64,000 bases of DNA from Bacillales bacterium UBA5348 (GTDB taxonomy: Bacteria; Bacillota_I; Bacilli_A; RF39; UBA660), in the NCBI GenBank assembly GCA_002411005.1, contig DHQC01000003.1, positions 4,086 through 68,085 on the forward strand, read 5' to 3'. Under the pieces are notes generated by a model, which did not search any database, had not been told where the DNA came from, and saw only the letters and a list, made by a program, of their open reading frames with translations. Shown in pieces: positions 8,593 to 17,335 of the stretch. The stretch's first letter is position 1. Every line of letters begins with the position of its first letter. The position numbers and the translations under genes are program-made.

Positions 8593-11460
8593 CTAAATTA
8601 TTTTTTCTTTTCTTAATTTAGATATAATTCTATCTGAATTACTGTTATCATCAAATTCCACTATTTTTTTGTACCTGTTTTTATACTTTGTTTCTTGATT
8701 GCTATGATAATCTTTTTGAATTGCATTAACTAATTCTTTCTTATTATAACACACACTACCGAATGCTAAATTTTTGGTAAGCATTAGTTTTGTTCCTTCA
8801 CCATACATCTTTAGACAATCATCTTTATCTCTCCAAAAAAATATGACATTGCTGCCTCGATAAAACGCATCATATGAAATTGAAGAGTAATCTGTAATCA
8901 ACAATTTACAATTTTGTAATATCTTATCATACTCAACTTTTTCAGGTAAATATTTTTTTAGTTCACAATCAGAATTTTTCATATAATTTACAATCAGGGG
9001 ATGAGGTAAAATAATGGTTTTTTGCAATAAATCCTCAGGTATTGATTTAATAATATCCTCAATCATTCTATAATAATTGGTTTTTGAAAAATCGATGCGT
9101 GCTTGATTTAATTCCCACCTTCTCCAGGTTGGCATTATAACAATTTTATCTGCATTAGTTTTTTTATAACTTTTATCAAATTTTGCTAATCCTGTGATGT
9201 ATAAATCTTTTTTATTAAAGCCACCTAATTCAATAAAGTGTTCTGCTTCTAATTTTGAAGAAACTACAATTTTATATAATTTATATTGATTTTTTCTAAA
9301 ACTAGATCTCATATCACTATCCAAAGAAATCATATACATTACGCCATGCTGTAAAAATATAAATGATATGTCTTTCTGGTTTATTTTTCTTACAGCATAT
9401 TTATTAGCAATTCTTAATTGTATAGCATGGGCTATCGTTTCAGTTCCAATAAATTTTTTACAACTAAAAAAGTATATTAAATGACGTAAAGAATTTTTGT
9501 AAATTATATTTTTCTTGTATTTTTCGTCTATATTATTTAGTACATCATTATTCTTATCAATTATATAATAGCATGAATAATATCCTTTATCTATTAGTTT
9601 TTCGTATAACACAGAAGCACTTTCTTCATATCTATTCGACTCTTTTTCATATAATAAAATAATGTTTCTTTTAAACCAAAATTTAGATAATACATAGCTA
9701 AAAAATATTTTTAACTGTCCTTTAAATGTATCATAAACGTTTTTTTCTCTTATAGTTAAATACATTGTATTTTTTATTGTTTGTCTAAAATAAATAGCAC
9801 TATCATTATGAATAATAATTTTGCTATTACGATTTTTTCCATTTTTAAAATCAAAAATATTAAAAAGAATTCTACCAAAATTATCTTTATATTGTAATTT
9901 TATCTTGTTCTGAATATCAAAATTAAGAATAGCCTCTATAGGAAGACTAAATTTATAAAAGTTAAAATAATATCCTTTTATAAATGGAATTCCTTTTTCA
10001 TATTTTAGTTTAATTGGAAATGTAACATCGTTAATTACTATCTTTAAATTTTTTGCATTAATATTGCTTGAAGTACTTCCTAATATTTTAAAAAGTCCGA
10101 AAGCAGAAAAATTTATTTTGCCGTTTCTAAAAGAGCTTTTTTTTGTTATATTAAGCAATAAAGGTTTTTCTTTTTTTTCTTTTACTTCATCTATTATCCT
10201 TTCAATTACTCTCTTACTACTTTTACCATCATCTAAATAATTAAATCTGTTGTTAAATTCTACATATTTCGCATTATATTTATCAAAATATTTATCAATA
10301 TTTCTTATTTCTTTAATTAGTCCAGTTTCATTTTTAATAATAGGTCCTGGTAATTCTTTTAAATCAAAATAAAAATCTCTTAATTTGTTTTGGTATGTAT
10401 CTAAATCATACATATAAAATAAAATTGGTCTATTTAGGTTAGCATAATCAAAGAATACGCTTGAATAATCAGTTATTAATAAATCACTTATGATATATAG
10501 ATCATTAATATCATCATAATTACTGACATCATAAACAAAATCTTTATATTTTTCTAAATCTAATGAATTAGAGACAAAATAATGGGTTCTTAGTAATATA
10601 ATATAATCTTTACTAAGTTTTTCTTTTAATAAATTTAGATTTATTCCTAATTCATATGTATAACCTACTCCAGATACGTGTTGATCGTCTCTCCATGTTG
10701 GAGCATACAAAATAACTTTCTTATCTTTGGGTATTTCTAATTCTTTTTTTACCTTAGTTAAATCCTTTTCTCTATATTTAAATAAGAAATCATTTCTTGG
10801 ATAACCTTCTTCAATAATAATATTTTCTTTATTTAATTTTTTAAGATTGAAGGCTGAAATGAATTTCTCAGTACAAAATTTAGAAGGAGATAACATATAA
10901 TCATATCTTAAAGCGTCATCATCATACTTAGCTCTTATCTCTCTATTACTATTAAGTGCGTTACCACCAGTTACTTTAATATCATAACCAAGTCTTTTTA
11001 GAGGAGTTCCATGCCATGTTTGAATATAAACTTGTCCTTTTTTCTTTTTGATTTGTTCTGGTATTCTTGAATTACTTATCCAATACTTTGAAATCGAATA
11101 GTATTTGTAATAATCCTTAGAACCATATTTTACTAAAATAGTATTTTCATTAGTAAATAAATGTGCTTTCTCATCGGGGTTTTTAAAGGCCCAAATAAAT
11201 TTAAAATCATTATATTTTTTATTGTTAACCATGTATTCATATAAAGCTCTTGGACTATCAGCATAACTTCTACCCATATAAGCTTCAAAGATAATCATTT
11301 TATTATTAATTTGGCCTTTATCACTTACAATGCTGTATTTTATTGACCTATATAATCTTAATGATTTTCGTAATACTTTTCTAAACTGAACATTCTTTTT
11401 AGATAGATTTAACAAATGTCTTTTTAATTTTTTCCTTACTTTCATCATTAACCTCCCCAA
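8593..11460 (-). CDS. Tandem double-domain CDP-glycerol glycerophosphotransferase (TagF-like poly(GroP) polymerase)
   Basis: 955 aa containing two TagF-like modules: QTWHGTPLKRLGYD...APTWRDD...ITDYSSVFFDYANLNRPILFYMYD and LQHGVMYMISL...MPTWRRWE...ITDYSSISYDAFYRGSNVIFFW. The 5' end overlaps the next gene by ~60 nt, so the true start is probably internal (MMKVRKK or MIIFEAYMGR). Confidence 0.75.
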   Translation of the reverse strand: MGRLMMKVRKKLKRHLLNLSKKNVQFRKVLRKSLRLYRSIKYSIVSDKGQINNKMIIFEAYMGRSYADSPRALYEYMVNNKKYNDFKFIWAFKNPDEKAHLFTNENTILVKYGSKDYYKYYSISKYWISNSRIPEQIKKKKGQVYIQTWHGTPLKRLGYDIKVTGGNALNSNREIRAKYDDDALRYDYMLSPSKFCTEKFISAFNLKKLNKENIIIEEGYPRNDFLFKYREKDLTKVKKELEIPKDKKVILYAPTWRDDQHVSGVGYTYELGINLNLLKEKLSKDYIILLRTHYFVSNSLDLEKYKDFVYDVSNYDDINDLYIISDLLITDYSSVFFDYANLNRPILFYMYDLDTYQNKLRDFYFDLKELPGPIIKNETGLIKEIRNIDKYFDKYNAKYVEFNNRFNYLDDGKSSKRVIERIIDEVKEKKEKPLLLNITKKSSFRNGKINFSAFGLFKILGSTSSNINAKNLKIVINDVTFPIKLKYEKGIPFIKGYYFNFYKFSLPIEAILNFDIQNKIKLQYKDNFGRILFNIFDFKNGKNRNSKIIIHNDSAIYFRQTIKNTMYLTIREKNVYDTFKGQLKIFFSYVLSKFWFKRNIILLYEKESNRYEESASVLYEKLIDKGYYSCYYIIDKNNDVLNNIDEKYKKNIIYKNSLRHLIYFFSCKKFIGTETIAHAIQLRIANKYAVRKINQKDISFIFLQHGVMYMISLDSDMRSSFRKNQYKLYKIVVSSKLEAEHFIELGGFNKKDLYITGLAKFDKSYKKTNADKIVIMPTWRRWELNQARIDFSKTNYYRMIEDIIKSIPEDLLQKTIILPHPLIVNYMKNSDCELKKYLPEKVEYDKILQNCKLLITDYSSISYDAFYRGSNVIFFWRDKDDCLKMYGEGTKLMLTKNLAFGSVCYNKKELVNAIQKDYHSNQETKYKNRYKKIVEFDDNSNSDRIISKLRKEKII

Positions 11461-12565
11461 GATTTCCTTTAAGAATATAATCCGCTAATAAAGTGGTAAT
11501 ATTTCCAGATACATTAGCGACATATTTACTCTTAAAATTTCTTATTAAGTTAAAATCATATTGTTTCTTATTTAAACTGTACATTAATTCATAAGCTGAC
11601 TTAAATACACATCCCGGCATTTCTTTATATAAATCAATGTTTAGTCCGTTCTTTTCTATATATTCTGAATAATCATAAACATAAAAATATACTGGTTTTT
11701 CAAGGATAGCAGCTTCAATAGAAATAGCCGAATAATCAGTTATTACATAATCAGCTATCGTAAGTAACTCTAAGGCTGTAAATTCCTTGCATCTATATAC
11801 TCGATCATTCGAAAACTTTATTTTTTTACTTGGATGACTTTTGATAATTAAGTTATATTTACTTAAATTAATTGAATTAATCAATCCCTTTACATGATTA
11901 CTTTCATTAGTTCTAAAAGTTGGTACATACAAAATCACTTTTTTACTATTAAGTTTTGGATAAGCTTTATGAATTTTATTTTTAATTAATTTTTGATTAT
12001 TAACTAAATAATCAATTCTTGGTAACCCTAGCGAAATTAATTTATCAAAATCAGCATTAAAAGCCTCACTAAAATAAGGAACCATAGCAACTGATCCAGA
12101 TATTATTACATCATAATTTTTATGCATATCCATCATTTTAGATACTTTAATATTTCTGCCAGATTCTTTTCCTAAAGTTTGATATCCAAACTTCTTTATA
12201 GCTCCTAAAGCATGCCAAATTTGAACTACTTTCAAATCACGCTTATGGTTCAATATACTTATTGGAATTATATAGGAATCAATAATGCATGTTTTAGAAG
12301 TCGCTATATGGTACATTTGTTTTAACATAAAAAAATAGAATTTTACTCCTCCTATAAAATCTTTATCTAGCTTTCTAGATAACATTTTTATTTTTAAATT
12401 CTTATTCTGTAATAACAATTCCTTCGAGAGTAATTTAAAATCCAACGAAGCAAAATCAGACTGACGGCTTAGGAAAGTGATTTTATTATTATTGGTCGGA
12501 AATAACTTTAAAAAAAAGTAAATAAAACGCAAATGATATTTAAATAAATATAGAAGCATTGCCAT
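11399..12565 (-). CDS. CDP-glycerol glycerophosphotransferase, TagB/TagF family (primase-like, short form)
   Basis: 388 aa with QIWHALGAIKKFG, VPTFRTNE and ITDYSAISIEAAILEKPVYFYVYD motifs. Confidence 0.75.
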   Translation of the reverse strand: MAMLLYLFKYHLRFIYFFLKLFPTNNNKITFLSRQSDFASLDFKLLSKELLLQNKNLKIKMLSRKLDKDFIGGVKFYFFMLKQMYHIATSKTCIIDSYIIPISILNHKRDLKVVQIWHALGAIKKFGYQTLGKESGRNIKVSKMMDMHKNYDVIISGSVAMVPYFSEAFNADFDKLISLGLPRIDYLVNNQKLIKNKIHKAYPKLNSKKVILYVPTFRTNESNHVKGLINSINLSKYNLIIKSHPSKKIKFSNDRVYRCKEFTALELLTIADYVITDYSAISIEAAILEKPVYFYVYDYSEYIEKNGLNIDLYKEMPGCVFKSAYELMYSLNKKQYDFNLIRNFKSKYVANVSGNITTLLADYILKGNLGEVNDESKEKIKKTFVKSI

Positions 12566-12752
12566 ATTTTAATATTAAAGATATTTCATTTACTTCTTCC
12601 CTGCTATAAAAAGTTATAATTCCTACTAAATTATTCACTAAATATCACTCCTATGTAAATTATATCACATATATAACATAAATAATGACCATTAGTAACA
12701 TTTTTCGCTAATTTAAGGGTTCTTTTAACAACAAAATTATAAATTTTACGAT

Positions 12753-12779
12753 AAAAAAAGAGATAGTCTATATCTCTAT
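12753..12779 (-). terminator. 27-bp repeat copy 2: identical terminator overlapping the stop of the YiiX-like gene
   Basis: A perfect copy of the 27-mer at 3992-4018 with the same hairpin and U-run. It overlaps the TAG stop at 12770-12768. Confidence 0.7.
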
Positions 12780-13316
12780 CTCTTGTTGTTCAATATAATT
12801 ATAATTTCTTAAATAACCTATATATATATTTGTTAATCCCTCTAAAAGTTCAAAATCCTCTGGATGAGTTATCTTTGGTAAAGCACTGACATCAATATCT
12901 GATTTATCTAGAATATATTTTACAAAACCTGAACAATAAAATTTGTTAGTAGCATTGCTATGTCGGTTAATTCCAGCTAAAACAAGACCCGTTCTATTAA
13001 ATTTATATTTGTTTTTATTATCTATCATGTAATTAATATTTTCTTTTAAATCTTGATATTGTTGATCAGTAACATTTAAAACATAAATTTTTGATTTAGT
13101 ATCTTTAAAACGTTTAAATGTTCCAATATTTATTCCTTCATGGACAAAGCCTCCTGAAAAGGCATTATATGGATTTAATCTACCAAAGGAATATAATTCC
13201 TTTAAATCTTTATCTAGGGAAATAGATACATGATTATATTCTTTCCCTGAATAATATTTAATAACAGTAGATAATATTGTTCCTGTTTGAGTTAATACGA
13301 TATATATCTTTTTAAT
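12768..13316 (-). CDS. YiiX/DUF830-like permuted papain-fold (NlpC/P60-related) peptidase; probable non-canonical ATT start
   Basis: An open frame runs from directly after the PBP stop (TAA 13346-13344) to 12768: ...SIKKIYIVLTQTGTILSTVIKYYSGKEYNHVSISLD...NKFYCSGFVKYILD. The His-then-Cys order is typical of permuted papain-like amidases. No ATG/GTG/TTG lies upstream of the His-containing half (first ATG at 13028). An ATT at 13316-13314 sits 3 nt after GGTGGT. Confidence 0.5.
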   Translation of the reverse strand: MKKIYIVLTQTGTILSTVIKYYSGKEYNHVSISLDKDLKELYSFGRLNPYNAFSGGFVHEGINIGTFKRFKDTKSKIYVLNVTDQQYQDLKENINYMIDNKNKYKFNRTGLVLAGINRHSNATNKFYCSGFVKYILDKSDIDVSALPKITHPEDFELLEGLTNIYIGYLRNYNYIEQQEIEI

Positions 13317-13343
13317 ACTACCACCATCTCTAATACTTTTTAT

Positions 13344-15488
13344 TTATAATTCTACTTTAGAACTTGTACGTTTAAGTTTTAAGTTTAACTCCTCTATCTT
13401 TGTAATACTAGTTCCTTCTGATATATCTTGGCTATAAACATAACCATATCCTTCTATATTACACTTTATATTAATTAAGCTACAATAAGTATTTACTTCT
13501 CTACTAGACCACATCGTCATTTTAGGTAAGATTATGTCTTTGCTATTAGTTAAAACAAAGATAGTATCACCATCATTTATAATCTCATTAGCTTTAGGAT
13601 ATTGATTTATAATCTTATCGCCATCACCAATCACTATATTTTGGTGATCGATGGAGTCCATTACTATTGTGTTATTATTGATGAAATTAGGTACAACATA
13701 GCTTGAATCACTTGTTTCCACTATTTCTACATCTTGTTTAATATTATAATATTTTGCTACATCAACAACCAATTTTTTTACAGCTGACGCAACTGCTGTT
13801 GAAGCTCCATAATCAGGTCTTTTTGCTAAGGCATATATTATTATTTCTGGATCATCTTTAGGAAACATACCCGCAAATGATCTTATATAATCTTCTTTTC
13901 CTGTTTGATATCTACCGGTATTAGGATCTACATATTGAGCAGTACCTGTTTTTGCAATAAGATCATAACCTTCAACTTTATAATTATAACCTGTTGCAGC
14001 ATTTGGATCACCATGTACTACTTGATACATCAATTCTTTTATAGCTTCAACTGTTTCCTTTGAAGCGACTGTTTCAATCTCTTCACGTCCTCCAGTATAC
14101 ACTATCTGATTAGTGTTAGGATTAACAATTTTTTCCACAATATAAGGTTTAAGCATAACACCATCATTAGCGATAGCGGTCAGAGCTTGAACAAATTGGA
14201 TTGGTGTTACGGTAATACCTTGACCAAAACCTGCATTTGCAACTTCAACATCATATTTGAAATTGATTATTCCTGCTTGTTCATTAGGTAATGTGAAACC
14301 GGTTTTTTTACCAAACCCTAATTTCATAAAATAATCTTTTAAATCTTTTCTATTTATAAACTCTTGAACCATATTAGCAATACCAACATTAGATGAGAGA
14401 GCAAAACCTTGATCATAAGTAATATTACCCCAGCCTTCTGGTTTCCAATCAGAAATTGTATCATCACCAATTTCTATTTTACCAGACTTAAAAGTATTAT
14501 TACCTTTATAGGTTCCTTTCTCCATCGCTGCCATATAAGTAAAGGCTTTCATTGTTGAACCTGGTTCAAAAGTATATGATACCAAAGGATTTAAATAGTT
14601 TTCAATGTTTTTTATATTAGGATTAAATGAAGGTGTAGAAGTAGTTCCTAAAACAGCACCTGTTTTAGCATCTACAACAGTCATAAGCATCCAATCAGGA
14701 CCATATTTTTCAGTTGATTCCTTAACAACTCTTTCTGTAAACAATTGAACATTATCATCAATCGTTAAGTAAATATCATTACCATCTTCTTCTTCATCAC
14801 GAACCTCTGGAGTATTAGGAATTTTATAACCGTTTAAATCTTTCTGATATTCTAAATAACCATCTTTTCCACTCAATTCTTTATTATAATATTTTTCAAT
14901 TCCCATTTGACCTTTTATTTTTAAATCATCATTCATTTGGACATAGCCTAACGTATATGCTAAAAAATCATTGTTAGGATAATATCTTTTAAACGTTTGA
15001 ATAAAATCAATTCCTGGTAATTCAAGTTTTTGTATTTCTTCTTTCTTAAGCTCTGTAATACCCACCCCTCCAGGTCTTAACTCTACTTGATAAAGATTTT
15101 CTTTGTTTAATAATCTTAAAATTTCCTTTTTATCCATATTAATAATTGATTCTAAAGCTTCAGCTGTTTTCTCCTTATCAACGACATGTCTAGGAGTACT
15201 AAAGCCCTCACTTCTTTTAGGTGAAAGATAAGCTATAACGGTGTATGAATCAACGTTTTGAGCTAAAATACCACCATTATATGAATATATTGTTCCTCTA
15301 TTAGCATATAAAATATCTTTCTTGGTATTACGATTATTTGCAAATTGTTTTAGATTAATACCATCAATAGTTGTGGATAATGATAATCTTGCCATTTGGA
15401 TGGATATAACCAAAAAGAAAAGAAAAGGTACGATAAGCATTAATTTGTTTACATTAATTCTATTTGTCGTATCTTTTCCTTTTTTCAT
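13344..15488 (-). CDS. Class B penicillin-binding protein with two PASTA domains (PBP2B/FtsI-type, division)
   Basis: 714 aa. TM anchor, transpeptidase SxxK (STMK), SxN (SSN) and KTG (KTGTA) motifs, then two C-terminal PASTA repeats. It follows ftsL as in the dcw cluster. Confidence 0.85.
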   Translation of the reverse strand: MKKGKDTTNRINVNKLMLIVPFLFFLVISIQMARLSLSTTIDGINLKQFANNRNTKKDILYANRGTIYSYNGGILAQNVDSYTVIAYLSPKRSEGFSTPRHVVDKEKTAEALESIINMDKKEILRLLNKENLYQVELRPGGVGITELKKEEIQKLELPGIDFIQTFKRYYPNNDFLAYTLGYVQMNDDLKIKGQMGIEKYYNKELSGKDGYLEYQKDLNGYKIPNTPEVRDEEEDGNDIYLTIDDNVQLFTERVVKESTEKYGPDWMLMTVVDAKTGAVLGTTSTPSFNPNIKNIENYLNPLVSYTFEPGSTMKAFTYMAAMEKGTYKGNNTFKSGKIEIGDDTISDWKPEGWGNITYDQGFALSSNVGIANMVQEFINRKDLKDYFMKLGFGKKTGFTLPNEQAGIINFKYDVEVANAGFGQGITVTPIQFVQALTAIANDGVMLKPYIVEKIVNPNTNQIVYTGGREEIETVASKETVEAIKELMYQVVHGDPNAATGYNYKVEGYDLIAKTGTAQYVDPNTGRYQTGKEDYIRSFAGMFPKDDPEIIIYALAKRPDYGASTAVASAVKKLVVDVAKYYNIKQDVEIVETSDSSYVVPNFINNNTIVMDSIDHQNIVIGDGDKIINQYPKANEIINDGDTIFVLTNSKDIILPKMTMWSSREVNTYCSLINIKCNIEGYGYVYSQDISEGTSITKIEELNLKLKRTSSKVEL

Positions 15489-15499
15489 TGTAACACCTC

Positions 15500-15802
15500 T
15501 TAATTTTCTTCAATTACCTTTATGTTATTACTATTGTACGCTAATCCGAGATCGCTTGCAATAGCTTGGATGTTCTCAAGTGATTGAAGTTCGTTGACTT
15601 TCATCGTCAAGCTCTGATTCTTCTTAGTTTGGGTAGTTATTTCTTTTTTAAGCCTCTCAACTTCTATATTACTATCTGATAACATGGCTTTTCCAAAGAC
15701 ATCTGTTGCTGGAATTAAAAGCAATAGTAAAACACATATTTTAATCATTACTTTTTCAATTCCTAATAATTTGATTTTTCTTTTTCTAGCCATGTAGTTC
15801 AA
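15500..15802 (-). CDS. ftsL: Cell division protein FtsL
   Basis: ~100 aa bitopic protein with one TM helix followed by a coiled-coil/leucine-zipper region. It lies between rsmH and the PBP gene. Confidence 0.7.
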   Translation of the reverse strand: MNYMARKRKIKLLGIEKVMIKICVLLLLLIPATDVFGKAMLSDSNIEVERLKKEITTQTKKNQSLTMKVNELQSLENIQAIASDLGLAYNSNNIKVIEEN

Positions 15803-16725
15803 TCCTTCCTTCTTATCTTCTCAGCCACTCTTAAGGTTGCCGATCTAGCTCTATTATTTATATTTAACTCTTCATCACTAGGAACATATCTTCCTATTAA
15901 TTTAAGAGTTGGTTTATATTCATCTGGTATATTAGGAAGCCCTTTTACTATTTCAGGAACATCACTATACTTTTTAAATACACTTTTACAGATTTTATCT
16001 TCCAATGAATGAAAAGTTATAACACATATTCGTCCACCTTCATTTAGTAAGTCAATTGCATCCTCCAAAGATTTTTCTAAGATGTCTAATTCATGATTTA
16101 CTTCTATGCGGATAGCTTGAAATACTTTTCTAGCTGGATGACCAGCTCTTTTGTATTTATCTGGAACACCACTCTTTATTACTTCAACTAATTCAAGTGT
16201 TGTTTCGATTGGCTTTTGAGTACGATATTCAATTATCTTTTTAGCAATACTTCTAGCATATTTTTCTTCTCCATATTTGAAGAAGATATCTAACAATTCT
16301 TCAACTGAATAATTATTTACTATTTCATATGCTGATAATTTATCTTCCCTATTCATACGCATATCTAATCTTGCATCCTGGTGATAACTAAATCCTCGCT
16401 CTTCATTATCGAGCTGAGGACTCGATATGCCTAAATCAAACATAATACCGTCTATTTTTGCTATACCTCTGTCTGTTAATTCTTTTTTTATATTTACAAA
16501 ATTTGAATGAACAATTTCATATTGATTTGAAATATTACTTAAGATTTTCTCACTATATTGGATTGCTTCGCTATCCTGATCAAAGGCGAATAAGAACCCC
16601 TTTTTAATTCTTTTCAAGACTTCCCTACTGTGACCAGCATAGCCAAGCGTCGCATCAACATAAATTAAATCATCTTTAATCTCCAAATTGTCAATTGTTT
16701 CCTTTAGTAATACACTCTTATGCAT
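15799..16725 (-). CDS. rsmH: 16S rRNA (cytosine1402-N4)-methyltransferase
   Basis: 308 aa. SAM-binding motif DATLGYAGHS, MraW family. It follows mraZ. Confidence 0.9.
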   Translation of the reverse strand: MHKSVLLKETIDNLEIKDDLIYVDATLGYAGHSREVLKRIKKGFLFAFDQDSEAIQYSEKILSNISNQYEIVHSNFVNIKKELTDRGIAKIDGIMFDLGISSPQLDNEERGFSYHQDARLDMRMNREDKLSAYEIVNNYSVEELLDIFFKYGEEKYARSIAKKIIEYRTQKPIETTLELVEVIKSGVPDKYKRAGHPARKVFQAIRIEVNHELDILEKSLEDAIDLLNEGGRICVITFHSLEDKICKSVFKKYSDVPEIVKGLPNIPDEYKPTLKLIGRYVPSDEELNINNRARSATLRVAEKIRRKD

Positions 16726-16727
16726 CT

Positions 16728-17159
16728 TTAAATGTCCATGTTGAATAAATTTTCTGCTATATCAGATAAATTATCTTCATTTCCCTTAAAGAAATCATTA
16801 AAGCGATTTTTTGACCAAATTTCTAAGCGGTCGTTTACGCCGATAATAACGCATTCTTTGGTTAAATCGGCGTATTCCGCTAGTGGAGAGGTAATATTTA
16901 TTCGACCTTGCTTGTCGAATTCACATTCAGTAGCACCGGAGATGAAGAAACGCATGAATATTCTTGCATCCTTTTTAGTGAAAGGGAGGACTTTTAATTT
17001 TGAGATGATATTTTCCCATTCGTTTTTTGGATAAACGAATAAACATCCATCCAAGCCTTTTGTAATGATAAATTTATCGCCTAATTCATATCTAAATTTA
17101 GAAGGTATTATTAAACGACCCTTTTCATCAATACTATGATGATACTCACCCATCAACAT
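16728..17159 (-). CDS. mraZ: Transcriptional regulator MraZ
   Basis: Two MraZ repeats ([15 protein letters not shown]... and the second half). The start is most likely ATG 17159-17157 (MLMGEYHH) behind a GGGGGA SD, not the longer ORF-track start at 17192. Confidence 0.85.
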   Translation of the reverse strand: MLMGEYHHSIDEKGRLIIPSKFRYELGDKFIITKGLDGCLFVYPKNEWENIISKLKVLPFTKKDARIFMRFFISGATECEFDKQGRINITSPLAEYADLTKECVIIGVNDRLEIWSKNRFNDFFKGNEDNLSDIAENLFNMDI

Positions 17160-17295
17160 GAAAATCCCCCACTTTCTTCCACTTAATGCCACTGTCTACC
17201 ACTATGATACTATTTTAAAATTGTTTTGTAAAGTCTTTTGGGGTTATTTTTTCATATTCTTTACATGTTTATTTGAGTTATTTCAACAAAAAAAG

Positions 17296-17333
17296 ATTCC
17301 TGAATTTTTTAATTATTTTCAAGAATCTTTTTG
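17296..17333 (-). terminator. Rho-independent terminator after the 723-aa pilin-like gene
   Basis: On the minus-sense RNA, aagattcttgaa pairs with ttcaggaatctt around a 13-nt loop and is followed by a U7 run. Confidence 0.45.
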
Positions 17334-17335
17334 AT

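Noticed and set aside
12759-12777. Hairpin at 12759-12777 initially read as a purely intergenic terminator
   Set aside because: It overlaps the last codons and stop (12770-12768) of the YiiX-like ORF. It is retained as a terminator that overlaps coding sequence, and it is an identical copy of the tagD terminator.
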